Positions 34,710 through 47,700 of a DNA stretch of 64,000 nucleotides are shown one piece after another. The DNA is from Zancudomyces culisetae HAW-14-8 (taxonomy: Eukaryota > Fungi > Kickxellomycota), in assembly GCA_052426225.1 (NCBI GenBank), contig JBNJNM010000019.1, forward strand, positions 62,001 to 126,000. Direction: 5' to 3'. The notes under the pieces are model-generated. The model worked only from the letters and a program-made list of their open reading frames with translations, was not told where the DNA came from and searched no databases. The translations under genes and the position numbers were made by a program. Position 1 is the first letter of the stretch, and every line of letters begins with the position of its first letter.

Positions 34710-35222
34710 TTATACTGTGGATTTATTTTGAGCAGCGAGGACCTCTTCAATTCTCTTTTGCATACTCTCTGGGGTGGTCAATGAGCTGAATCTATCAACA
34801 ACATTACCTTGTCTATCTACCAAAAACTTTTCAAAGTTCCATTTGATGCTCTTGATTCCCAAAAGCCCTGACTTTTCAGACTTAAGATATCCATACACTG
34901 GACTTTCGTTTGCACCATTAACATCGGTCTTTTCCATAATTGGGAATGAAACTCCATAGTTTCTGGAGCAGAATTGGCCAATTTCTTCGCTGCCTCCTGG
35001 TTCCTGGGATCCAAACTGGTTACATGGGAATCCAATAATCTGTAGGCCCTCGGAGCTGTACTTTTTGTTAAGTTCTTCTAGACCCTTGTATTGTGGTGTG
35101 AAACCACACTTTGATGCCACGTTTACAACCAGGACCACCTTTCCTTGGAGTTGTGAAAATGGAAACTCGTTTCCTTTCAAATCCTTGGCGACGAGTGAGT
35201 AGAATTTTGATGGTGCGCTCAT
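34710..35222 (-). CDS. Glutathione peroxidase family protein, Cys type (Gpx/Hyr1-like)
   Basis: Motifs VNVASKCGFTPQY, GFPCNQFGSQEPG and IKWNFEKFLVDR. The catalytic codon is TGT. Confidence 0.95.
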   Translation of the reverse strand: MSAPSKFYSLVAKDLKGNEFPFSQLQGKVVLVVNVASKCGFTPQYKGLEELNKKYSSEGLQIIGFPCNQFGSQEPGGSEEIGQFCSRNYGVSFPIMEKTDVNGANESPVYGYLKSEKSGLLGIKSIKWNFEKFLVDRQGNVVDRFSSLTTPESMQKRIEEVLAAQNKSTV

Positions 35223-36217
35223 TTTCTTTATCTTGTTATTCTATTTTACAATTTTATTGTGGTTAATCTCAAATCTCAAAATCCCGATTATGGTTCCTTT
35301 GATAAGTTCTTTACAGGTTCAAGCGATAGTGGAGAACCAAGAATAAAACATAAACAACTTACTTGAATATAAATCCCTAAAAGTACTGTGAAGACAAGTG
35401 GGAAGATAAAATACGCTTTATTTATAGTTTGCATTTTGTTGTTTTGATGTTTTGAATACTCAGTGTTTGACGAGCTGGTGAAGGACAAAAGAGACAGCTT
35501 GTGCCAAGAAAATTGCCGCTGTTCATGTTTTGTACAGATTAATTTTTTCAATTGGCTAGAACAATCATGGCTTTTCATTTTTCTCTTGACCCCATTTGCT
35601 CTCTAATTATCGGAAGTGTGCATGAATGTGATTTCTTTTCACGTTTTTTTTTATTCGGCTTTCCTTTTACTAAATAGCGGATTTAATGTCCATGATTCTA
35701 GCAAATAAAAAAATTTTTATTCAGGGAGAAATGGGAGGAAATATGAGACATGAACAAAATGTCGTATACCCGTCAGCTTTACAACCAGAATCACATTCAA
35801 ACTCACTAGTACTGCTTACTAATTATCATGGTGAGATTGGATTTTTATTCCATCCCATTCCATGGGCCAATAGTTCCAGCAAGCATTAAACCCAGCCTCC
35901 ATCTAATCAGATTATATTTTATTAACATGACTGGAATCGGTGATAGTTCATTTGTTTTCAGCTAAAAGGCATCACAATCACTACTGAAACACCATCTTCA
36001 AGGAGTGTATCAACACAGCTCGTCGAAAAAAACACGACGCACTTTTCACCTCAAAACAGTCCTTTCTATGGGTGATCGCAGTCTAAAGTTATTTATTTAA
36101 CCTGCCCAGAAATATTGGATTACATAACCTCTTTATTGCGAATATTCAAGTGATAAAACCAAACAACTAATTGGTAAATTGATCCTATCACCCCCCCCCT
36201 CCCCCTCTGAAAATACT

Positions 36218-37327
36218 TTAAATATCACATTCTATCCCCTTTCGTGTGCATAAACTTTTCTGGCTGTATTTATTAACAGAATGTGGATAGTTATATATTT
36301 CCATCGATCTTTGCAGAGCCAGCTCAGAGTTATCCGTGGATAATCCAACTCGGATATTGTATCTTTTTATTATTTCGGCCATTGAATCAAAATTCAATTC
36401 AAGAGAATTGTTTTTTATTACTTCTGACAGTATTGCACCGAGTACAGCATGCGCCTTTGATGTTGGGTGAATGATATCGTAAAAGAGGTACTGGTGTGGT
36501 GACAAGCATGCAGAAACCAACTGTAAATCGACAATTTTATAACAATCGTTTTCATAGTCGACAATTCCCATACATTTGAATGCAATTTCCTTGGATTTCA
36601 TCATAGAAAGTATGCTATTAAATTTCACAAGTTTGATATAGTTCACACTGGAGCCATTTTCTTTCAAATGTGCATTTATAAGTTTGTTGAGTAAAATGTT
36701 TGAATTCCTGGTCAGCATCTCTATTCCCTTTCTAAAAAAAAACGATTTGTTTTTTGCTGCCGGTGTCATTGCGAGGTCAGGAACTTCAAATACTATTATG
36801 TTTCTGTAACCATGCTCCACAAGAAGTAACACAGCTTCAAACAGCTCCTTGGCAATCTGAGTTGATCTTTGAATAATATCGTTTAATCCAACACTCTCCC
36901 TAGTAAACAAAGAAATAAAATCATTTCCACCTCCCTGAACCACAACCACTGAGTTATTTGTCTTGCATTTTTCTTTACTACAGTTGTATATCTTTAAAAA
37001 ATCCTTTATTTGGTTTGTTACACTCTTTGTGGCTCTGACACTGACACCATGCATTTTAAGTGTGTCTTCCCGCTTTATTTCTGCCATTCCATATGCAAAG
37101 TTTATCAATGTGTAGTTGTTGAAATATGCCGTATATTCGTTCCATACCGGACCATCTGAAAACCTATCGTTCCAATAATCCACTGGGTAAGGTACCTTGC
37201 CTTTGTTTCCTATATCCGATATGCTGTCTCCAAACACGACTAGTTTGGGATTCGGTAAAGTATTTGTTCTAGCTGCACTAACACCAAGTAGTGATAGTAT
37301 AAAAAAATGATTTGGATGTAGACGCAT
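36218..37327 (-). CDS. Secreted GDSL/SGNH lipase-acylhydrolase (thermolabile-hemolysin/fatty-acyltransferase-like)
   Basis: Signal-peptide-like N-terminus. Block I FGDSISDIGN, RFSDGPVWNEY, block II NFAYG, block III GGNDF, block V FYDIIHPT. Confidence 0.88.
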   Translation of the reverse strand: MRLHPNHFFILSLLGVSAARTNTLPNPKLVVFGDSISDIGNKGKVPYPVDYWNDRFSDGPVWNEYTAYFNNYTLINFAYGMAEIKREDTLKMHGVSVRATKSVTNQIKDFLKIYNCSKEKCKTNNSVVVVQGGGNDFISLFTRESVGLNDIIQRSTQIAKELFEAVLLLVEHGYRNIIVFEVPDLAMTPAAKNKSFFFRKGIEMLTRNSNILLNKLINAHLKENGSSVNYIKLVKFNSILSMMKSKEIAFKCMGIVDYENDCYKIVDLQLVSACLSPHQYLFYDIIHPTSKAHAVLGAILSEVIKNNSLELNFDSMAEIIKRYNIRVGLSTDNSELALQRSMEIYNYPHSVNKYSQKSLCTRKGIECDI

Positions 37328-37907
37328 TTCCCCTTTACTGATACTTTACTTGGATAGAATATCCCACGTTCGTTCATTAATTATTTTTTCCTTTGAAGAA
37401 AAATATTTTTCTGTTTTTAACCGAGTAAAGAAGGGACAAATATAAAAGTTCCGATGTGATTAGGGTTTGCTTCAAAACTTTAAAAGCTCACATAATAGTT
37501 AGAAATCAGGTTTATTTGTAATCATGAAATGGTAAATAAGGAATAAACCAAAGTTTTAATATACACATTTTTTACTTTTATTTGTACTTTTACTTTGTTG
37601 AGAGTAATTTGGGTCAAATGAATTATTTATGCTTCTAATTAACCTGGTTCTCCTGTTTTTTTATTCTTTTAATAAAAAAAATACAAACTTGGTCTATACT
37701 ATTAACCCGCAAGTCAAAAGTAAAACTCCAAAAATGATCGCACTTCCCAACGTTAACTGTAAAACTGCAAATGTTGTGTATTTAGACATTTAAACTAGAT
37801 TTTATTGCTTTAAAGAGTCAGACTTTGAAAGGTACTAAACAAAGTTACAATTTATACTTTTAAATAACGCTAACAACAGCCTGGTTCTCATTTATCAGCG
37901 GGAAAAG

Positions 37908-38629
37908 TTATTCACCTATAATATATTAAGCCATTGGATTTCTTGTTAATTTTCAAAAACACAATTTAGCCAGTATAAACAAATATTACTAAAAAAAACA
38001 AGTTTACCTTTTGTATATCCAATTACACAGCAGCCAACTCTACCACCAGCATTTCCGGTTTCCAAAGAGGTTGAGTTACCACCCTTGCCCAAATCATCCC
38101 TTTGCGCATGAACAACAAGTCCTCGTCTATTGAAATCATTATTGGTTTTGTTAGTCTTCTTTACGTATATTCTGAATACAAGTAAAGGTAGATATGCATG
38201 GAGGCATAGTGCTGCAATATCACACCACCTGTGCCAGCTATTTATTTTTTATTTTGTTTATCAAATATTGATTGTATAAACAGTTTACCCCATGATACTG
38301 ATAGGCCCATAGAGATTTAGACCGTCATCATCTATGTTGATTGTAGCTTTTCCAGAGTCATCAGCAGAAATATTTCCCAAGTCGCCAACATGTCTGGCAG
38401 AATCGTTGATATCACCGTGGACATGTCCAGTGGGATTGTAGTGCGTTCCAGCTCCCATACATGCGTTGGATGTATCTCCAAATTCGTGTATATGAAATCC
38501 GTGAAGTCCTGGAGTTAATCCCTCCAAGCTACCTGTGATTTTTACAACAGAACCGGGTGCCTCTTGTTTGAAATAGATAGTCCCGAGGATTTTTGCAGCA
38601 CCCACTACTATACACGAAGCGTTTACCAT
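37908..38629 (-). CDS. SOD1: Cu/Zn superoxide dismutase (exons 38629-38289, 38126-38008, probable 8-nt last exon 37915-37908; ~155 aa)
   Basis: Motifs [38 protein letters not shown] and [14 protein letters not shown]. The terminal exon is less certain than the rest. Confidence 0.93.
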
Positions 38630-39016
38630 TATTTTATTGATGACTGGTTGTAAAAGAGTATATATATTCACGCTTATAGCTTTGGCTCGTTTGTTTTTCG
38701 TAGTTTAAAAATTAGACTATTAATATAGCTTTGTTAATAAATTATATATGTGTTTTGAGACTTTCAGTTTTATTTAAAGGATGTCATATTTAAAGTCTAG
38801 GCAAATTTTATTTATGTGATTGTAGTTATATTGGATTGTTTCATTTTTCTAAATATTTTTTTTTACAAAAAAAAATACACAATTAAATCCAGGCGGTGAA
38901 AGAGGAACGATACGAAAATAGCCCTAAACCAACAAAAGTTGTAATAAAAGATATAATCACAGAGCCGCAATAATTATGTTTTGAAATTATTGTGTAATTA
39001 TAAGCAAATCAATGGC

Positions 39017-39037
39017 GGGGAGGGGTGGGGGAAGGGG
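39017..39037 (+). other. Putative G-quadruplex motif GGGG-A-GGGG-T-GGGGG-AA-GGGG upstream of SOD1
   Basis: Four G-runs of 4 or more with 1-2 nt loops in AT-rich intergenic DNA. Folding and function are not shown. Confidence 0.55.
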
Positions 39038-40435
39038 AAGTAATAAGAGGATGGATTAATACATTATTAGACATGACTTTTGATTGTGAAAGAAAAGGAT
39101 AAACAGAGAAAATGTGGTTGAAGAAAATGTAAAATGCTCATTTACACAGAAATACTGCAACAAGACAATGGGACTATTTTGCCATTAATTTATTTCGGAG
39201 ATTATTCTGAATCACCCTTTTTCTTAGCCGCTTATCTGATATCAAAAATGGCATCCAAGAAACATTTTTCCATTACCAGGCATTTATTATTGCAAAAGTG
39301 GAGGTGTGAAAAGGCGAGCATGATGAAACCATTATTGGGTAGGTGTGGTTTGGTTGGCACTAGTTAAAATAAAAAATAAAGCTGGAATGCCGTAAATTAA
39401 AAACCTATGCGCTATAGGAAGCATGTGTTTGCCATTTGTGGATATAAACGAATTTGATGAGTAGACTGGACTGATCATGTGTTACTGTTTTATGTTGGAA
39501 AAGGAAATATAAATTTTTCTAGTATTCTCAAGCTATGAACAGTTCAAGCTAACCATTAATTCACATATGCCTACAATGAACCAACCACCCCCCCTCTCCT
39601 CCCCTCTCTTCCACTTATTGATTCCCATGTTTTTGGAATACTAAGCTAAAATAAAACAGTACGAATATCTGAATCAATTTCAGCTAAAATATTGCTAGTT
39701 GCACTCGCAAGTAAGACCAGTGGGGTATTTTTTTATTTTTATTTTTATTTTTATTTTCTCACTTGTACGAGACAGGAAAATTCATCTTAATGCGCTAGCA
39801 AGATCAACCGTCAATCTACCAAGTAGTAAATAAAAGAAATCCTGAAGACTTAAGTACCATCTACATAGCTGCCATATCACACTAATTGCTATGCGATTTT
39901 TTGGGCAACCTTATTGAATGGAGGTGGGAAATGGATCTCCCAAAATTTATAAATTTGATAAAAATGTGGCGCAAAATGATCGAAATTGGTTGGAAAGGTT
40001 ATGTTTGTGTTTCTTTGAATATCGTACATCGGGTTTTTTAATAAAGTTATTGGTTTCTTATGACGCCTCAATTATTTTACGTACCTTGAAAAAAATATGA
40101 TCAATGCTCAGTAAATAGTCTTTAGCTGATCAAAGGAGAGTAATAATGGTCAACTTTTACTGCTTTGAAGATGAACACGTAGAATCAAACTAAATTAAAT
40201 CAATTAATATGATATGATATAGTGCAAAAAAAAGAGTACGAAATGTCATATTTGGTACAAAAAAAGTACAAGCAAATAAATCATGTCTAAATAAATCCCA
40301 TTTGTATTAATTTGTAATTAGCGGGTAGAGCTTGGCAAATCCAGCAAACAAAAGGGTTAAAGTCCAGATAAGAGCGGGTGATTATAACGGGATGTTCATT
40401 TACACTGCTAAAATCAAAATGGGAGTATCTTGAAA

Positions 40436-40457
40436 CAGTATTTACATGTAAATACTG
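40436..40457. repeat. Perfect 22-bp palindrome CAGTATTTACATGTAAATACTG
   Basis: The 11-bp arms are exact reverse complements with no spacer. Confidence 0.9.
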
Positions 40458-40944
40458 ATGCACTTGAATATCTTGGTTGTAAACTACAAAAAGATTGTTT
40501 GTAAAAAATAATAATTTAAAGTCCTTCTATTGACTTGATTAAGCACCTTCCAAGCAATAGGGAAGGGAGAAGGAGAATAGAAAAGAGTTTTGAAGATATT
40601 AAAAGTACAAAAACGTGATAGATCCCGAGATTAAGCGAACTTGTAAAAGATGTTATTATACTTGATACTGATTATTCAATTTTTGAACTATTAATACAAA
40701 AAAATTGATAAAAAGATGATATAATATAGCGGAAACAATACTGATACTGAATACAAGTTTTAAATAATTTTAGATGTTAGCTAACTTTTTTTTTTGTATA
40801 GTAATATATTGTTAATATTGTTAATATATTTATATTTTTTTTAAAAAAAGAGAAAACAAATGGCAAAGTAAGCCAGTTTGTTAATACATTATACTATAAT
40901 ATTGATACTAACCGTTAATATAACACAAGTAATTCTTGGAGACT

Positions 40945-42210
40945 ATGAAGTTGTCGGCAATTTGGAACGCGATAGTAATATCATGCATTTCACAAAACAC
41001 ACTGTACACATTTGGGGAGAAATATCTATTGGTTTTTGGTGATGAATTATCAGATATAGGTAATATAAAGGAATTCAAGCAAAAAAAGGCTGATTACTTT
41101 TATCACCGGCATACTAATGGACCAGTTTGGAACGAGTACCTAGCACACTACGGAAATTATACACTGATAAACCTGGCGTATAGTAGAAGCCTGTTTGAAA
41201 AAAATGAATATATAGATAAGAACAAAAACATAGTAGGAATAACAAAATCGATAGAGTATTTCGATAAAGCAGTTGGGGTAAAGTTGAAAAGTATGAATGG
41301 TAGAAAGACTGACATTGTAGTTGCAATCCAGTTGCCATACAGAGAGCTAATTCGAGAAGCAAGGTTGTTAGCTAAAGATTTTTCTAGGTCTGACGAGGCA
41401 ATAAAGCGTGTGGTTGACAGGTCATTAAATGTTGTGAACATGATTACAAAACACGAGTATCGAAACATTGTTATATTGAACTATGGAAACATACAACTTG
41501 CACCACGATATTGCAAAACACGACAAAAGAATGGTATGGATGGTATGGATAGTATGGATGGTGAAAATCATTCTAACGATAACAATCTTGCACAGAGTTT
41601 AAATTATCTTGCAAACAGTATCAATGCCTCGCTCAAGTCAACGCTCAGAAAACGGCTGAGAGAATCAAAAGTCAACGCAAATTATGTTCGGATACTTGAT
41701 CTACACAAAATAACCTCCGTAAACGACCACGATACATTAAAAAAAATGGGGATAGATGTAGGAGATACAAGGGTGTGGAACCAACCGTGTTACCAAAGCG
41801 TTCCAGGATCCGACTACCCTATTAAATGTGACAATCCAGATAATCATATATACTTGGATGATGTCAACTATACAACCAGGTATCACGGGCTGATAGGAGC
41901 AATGGTTAATGAGCTAATAAACAAGGGTGAAAGGAATGCGAATATCAAACAAGCCCTATTGAAGGCCATAAAACACTACAAGATTAGCGAGATAACACAA
42001 AGAAGCAATGCACTGTATACCGAATATTCCAAGTATACTGGAAAACTAAGGATAAAGGAATTTGGAAATAACACACTGAGTTCTATTTTTGAAACTAAAT
42101 TGGAAAAGGCAGAACGCCTAATGGTGCCGAAAGGAAGGCATCGCCAATGGAATAGAAAACACAATTTTTCAGTGGTGGAAATGGAGAGGGAGAGGGAGAG
42201 GGGTAGGTAG
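40945..42210 (+). CDS. GDSL/SGNH-family protein lacking catalytic Ser and His (probable pseudoenzyme)
   Basis: ATG at 40945 (MKLSAIW..). It aligns with the 36218 protein (NGPVWNEY, NYTLINLAY). Block I is FGDELSDIGN and block V is YLDDVNYT. Confidence 0.8.
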   Translation: MKLSAIWNAIVISCISQNTLYTFGEKYLLVFGDELSDIGNIKEFKQKKADYFYHRHTNGPVWNEYLAHYGNYTLINLAYSRSLFEKNEYIDKNKNIVGITKSIEYFDKAVGVKLKSMNGRKTDIVVAIQLPYRELIREARLLAKDFSRSDEAIKRVVDRSLNVVNMITKHEYRNIVILNYGNIQLAPRYCKTRQKNGMDGMDSMDGENHSNDNNLAQSLNYLANSINASLKSTLRKRLRESKVNANYVRILDLHKITSVNDHDTLKKMGIDVGDTRVWNQPCYQSVPGSDYPIKCDNPDNHIYLDDVNYTTRYHGLIGAMVNELINKGERNANIKQALLKAIKHYKISEITQRSNALYTEYSKYTGKLRIKEFGNNTLSSIFETKLEKAERLMVPKGRHRQWNRKHNFSVVEMERERERGR

Positions 42211-42442
42211 TAAGAAAGGTGTTATGACTTTTATCAGAAAAATAGCCATATAGTGTGGCAATAATAGCTCACTTTTTATTTAATTTAATTTAATTTTTCA
42301 GATTTGGTTTGTAATCGTATTTCACATGTAATAAAAGCAAAAGAAAATGGAATACAAAGAAAGACAATAAAAAAAGAGTTAGTAATAATAGACAGTAAAA
42401 AAAAAAAGAAAAAAAATACCAGGTTAGATCCAGATGGTATTA

Positions 42443-44165
<1,723 letters not shown>

Positions 44166-44794
44166 CTCCAAATAAATAAATTTAAAAACGCGTTGTCGTG
44201 CTTGATAACCAAACTATTATAAAAGACAATAGTTTGAATTTGTTGAACAAACTAGTAACTTTATATTTAAATTGTACTAGTTTTATATTTTTTTTTAGTT
44301 TATTTTATTTTATTTTATTTTACAGAATTCAGATATATATTTATATTCGCAATAAAAAAATTTAGTCTTTAATTCTTCCAATTAACGATCAAGGACTTCA
44401 TTTGCATTATAAAAAATAAAAGATTAAAAAATTTTTTATCACTTGCTGTTCATGTTGTATTTAAAGTAAAATAAATAATTATTAATTAATATTTATGCGA
44501 ATAAAAAGATGAAATAAAAAAATGCTTGAAAATGCTTTTCTATAATTCCTAAAAAAACCTCACGGATCATCAATATGGGTTTCAATTGATGACAAAAAAA
44601 AAGCAGTAAATAAAAAAAAAGAATGTCTCTGAATATTTGTAATGATATAAAAATTCAAGTAGTGAAAGAGATATAAAAGACATTGGATTAATTATTATAT
44701 TCTATACAAAAAATTCGAAAAAAAACAAAAACAAGAACAGAAATACCGATTCCTATTCTTCTGTAAAAAAAAGGAATAAAGAAAACTATATGAT

Positions 44795-47700
44795 TTACCA
44801 AAAAGTTTCTAAATCGTAAAGTATAGATTTGGTAACATATAAAACCAATTCATATTCATAATCATAATCATAATGATAATCAAACTCCGCCGTTGGACCA
44901 GCATTATTAGTTTGGAAAAAATAGTTTCTGGTAACAAGAAATGAGACCAAATCGTATAGATACATGGATGAGTTTGGTGCTTTAAATATTTTGTGAGGTT
45001 CTTGTTGAGCTGAAAGATCACCCGCTTCCATCAACAGACAGTTGGTGATTATTTTAACAATGAGTGGGTAGAGCGTAGATAAATGAGGTTTTATAAAGAT
45101 ATCTGGGTGGGATGATATCAGATCAAGTAAAGGAAGCTCGGTATCATTGTCAATAATTATGGGAGAAGCTGTAGGAGTAGTGCTATGAGATTGGTATGAC
45201 GATGAACAAGAAGGCTCAGAGAAAAGAGTGGGAGAAGAAGAGAAGGAAGAGGAGAAGGAAGAGGAGAAAGTAGAAGAGGAACGATGAGTATTGTCAGCAA
45301 ATAATGTATGGTCAGATACTAAAAGTGTGGAAGCGTGGGTGTGATAAGTTCGCTTAAAGAAATCAAGTAAAGAGTATACATGGTGGTTGACAAGAGACAC
45401 AGACCACCAATTGTTTGTATTTGTAGAAATAGTAAAGATGGTATTTGAGGATTTGGAATGAGAATCACGAGACAAAAAACGATTATTATTATTATTATTG
45501 TTGTTGTTGTTGTTGTTTGATTTAGGTAAGGTTGAAATAAATGGACTCGAATAGTATTTTGGAGTAAAAATACAATTTAGATTAAATTGGTTTGGAAATT
45601 CACACGTGGAGGATTTTGAAGAAGAAGAAGAAGAATGGCGGTTTAAAGAAAAGGAAGAGATGATATCCAAACCACATTTAATATTGGAAGTTGATAGTAA
45701 CGCAGAGTAAGGTGAGTCCTTTGTGCAAAGAGAGGTGGTTGGAATAGTTGATAAATAAAGAGATATATCGGTACGTAGTCGCGAAACGACATGAATATAC
45801 GCTGTGGTTAGGAGTTGGTTGTTGGTAGTGGAATGGAAAAGAAGGGAGGAAGGAGTTGCAGGGGTTTTGAGGAATGCAAGACAATTTTCAAGAATAGGAA
45901 TGTTATTGTTGTTGATGTTAAAAGAGGAATCGATAGTATTGACAGATGGAAGAGAGTATAGATTGAAAATACCCGATTTATGAATGGAAGCAACAAGCGA
46001 ATGGTTTAAAAACATACAGTTTAAGGTAAGACTTCCGGAATTAGCAGAATTCAGCCACACAAGTTGGTCGTTGTTGGGTTGGGATTCTGGAGTATCAGTG
46101 TTAAGAGGCGTAAACAAAAAAGTCAACAAGCCCAGAGTATGAGAACAAGCAGAAATTAACCAACTAGGTTGAAATTCAAATTCAGATTCAGATTCAGCTT
46201 CATCATTGGTATTATTGGTATTATTGGGTTTGTTGGTAAATTGAATGCTTTTGATATTGGAAATATCCCAACCACAGTTATAAGTAGCACATTCGACCCA
46301 TTTCTTATTTAATAGCAGTTTACAAATAATCAGATTGCAGCCAGACCCAATTGCCAGATAGCGACTATCACCATCATAACTCGGATATTCAACAGGACTA
46401 TTATCGTCAAAGCTATCGATAGTATTTTCCAGATCAGTACAACTAGTGTTGTGTTCTAGAGGGTGGATACAAGTAACGGGAGAATTAAACTTTTTCTCCC
46501 ATACGTATTTGAGATGGTTATTTTTGATTTTATAAAAAACCAAATTTCCAAGAATCTTGCCATTACTATTGTTACTAGTATTAGCATTGATATTAGTATT
46601 AGCATTAGCACTAGTATTAGTATTATTATTGCTGTAAAATAATGGTTGACTAGTACCAAGAATCACAAATCCATTATATACATGATAATGCCCCATAACT
46701 CTTTTGCTGTTCAATCCCATACCCTTGTTTTTCTTTCTAAAAAACCAAGTTGGAATTCGCCATTGGGTTATACAGTTTATCTGCTGGTTACGCGCCAACT
46801 CTACACAACTTATCACCTTGATACATGTCGAGCATTGTTCCAACAAAAAAACATTGTTGCTGTCTGTTGAAACACCGACTATCAGTTCTGGTGTAAGTGA
46901 TGTTAGAATCGATAGTGTCGTTTGGGTTTGTAGATTTTTGATCGAGGTAAAACGTGAATTTGTATTTTTCATCAGTTCATTTTCCTTATTATCATTATCA
47001 TTATAATTATCATTACCATGATTGTTGTTGTTATTGTTGTTGTTGTGGGTATGATGATTGTCACAACCAATACTGGAATATATTATTGGTTGCGACTCCA
47101 TATAAATACTCACAGTGTAAATTTTATTCATATCACTATAAAGTATAACGTTTTTAATAGGCTGCTCGAATCCATAATTGCATTGTTGTCTAGCTGTATC
47201 TGTATCTACATATGTATCTACATATGTATCATCATTTGTATTAGCTGTAAATATATATTCAATTTGATCTTGTTTGTTTTCAAAATGAGGAATAACAAGC
47301 CTTTCAAACTCCAACTTGGAGTTAAATCCTTTTGCTAATGAACATTTGTATCCAGTACTACCCGAAAATACCAACAATGATGAGGAAACAGATTGATTGT
47401 CTATAGTTGCTGTTGTCATTCCCATCATATAAATCGGACTGTTTGTACCAAAATCTATACAATTGGTTGAAAATCTAAATGGTAATAAAATTAGCTGTGG
47501 TGGTGAAACGTCCGATGGTTGTGGTTTTGACTGATCAAGGTTGTAGTTGATGTAGATTTTAAAAGTAAATAGTATCCCAATCCTTGTACCAACCACCAAT
47601 ACAATTATATTTTCTTTTTGATGTTGTGGATTTTCTAGTATTGCCAAGCTATTTACTATTGGATATACCAGGTTTTGCTCGAAAAAACTTTTCCGTTTAC

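Noticed and set aside
34710-35222. Selenocysteine GPx with a SECIS element
   Set aside because: The active-site codon is TGT (Cys), and the downstream hairpin lacks the AUGA/GA core.
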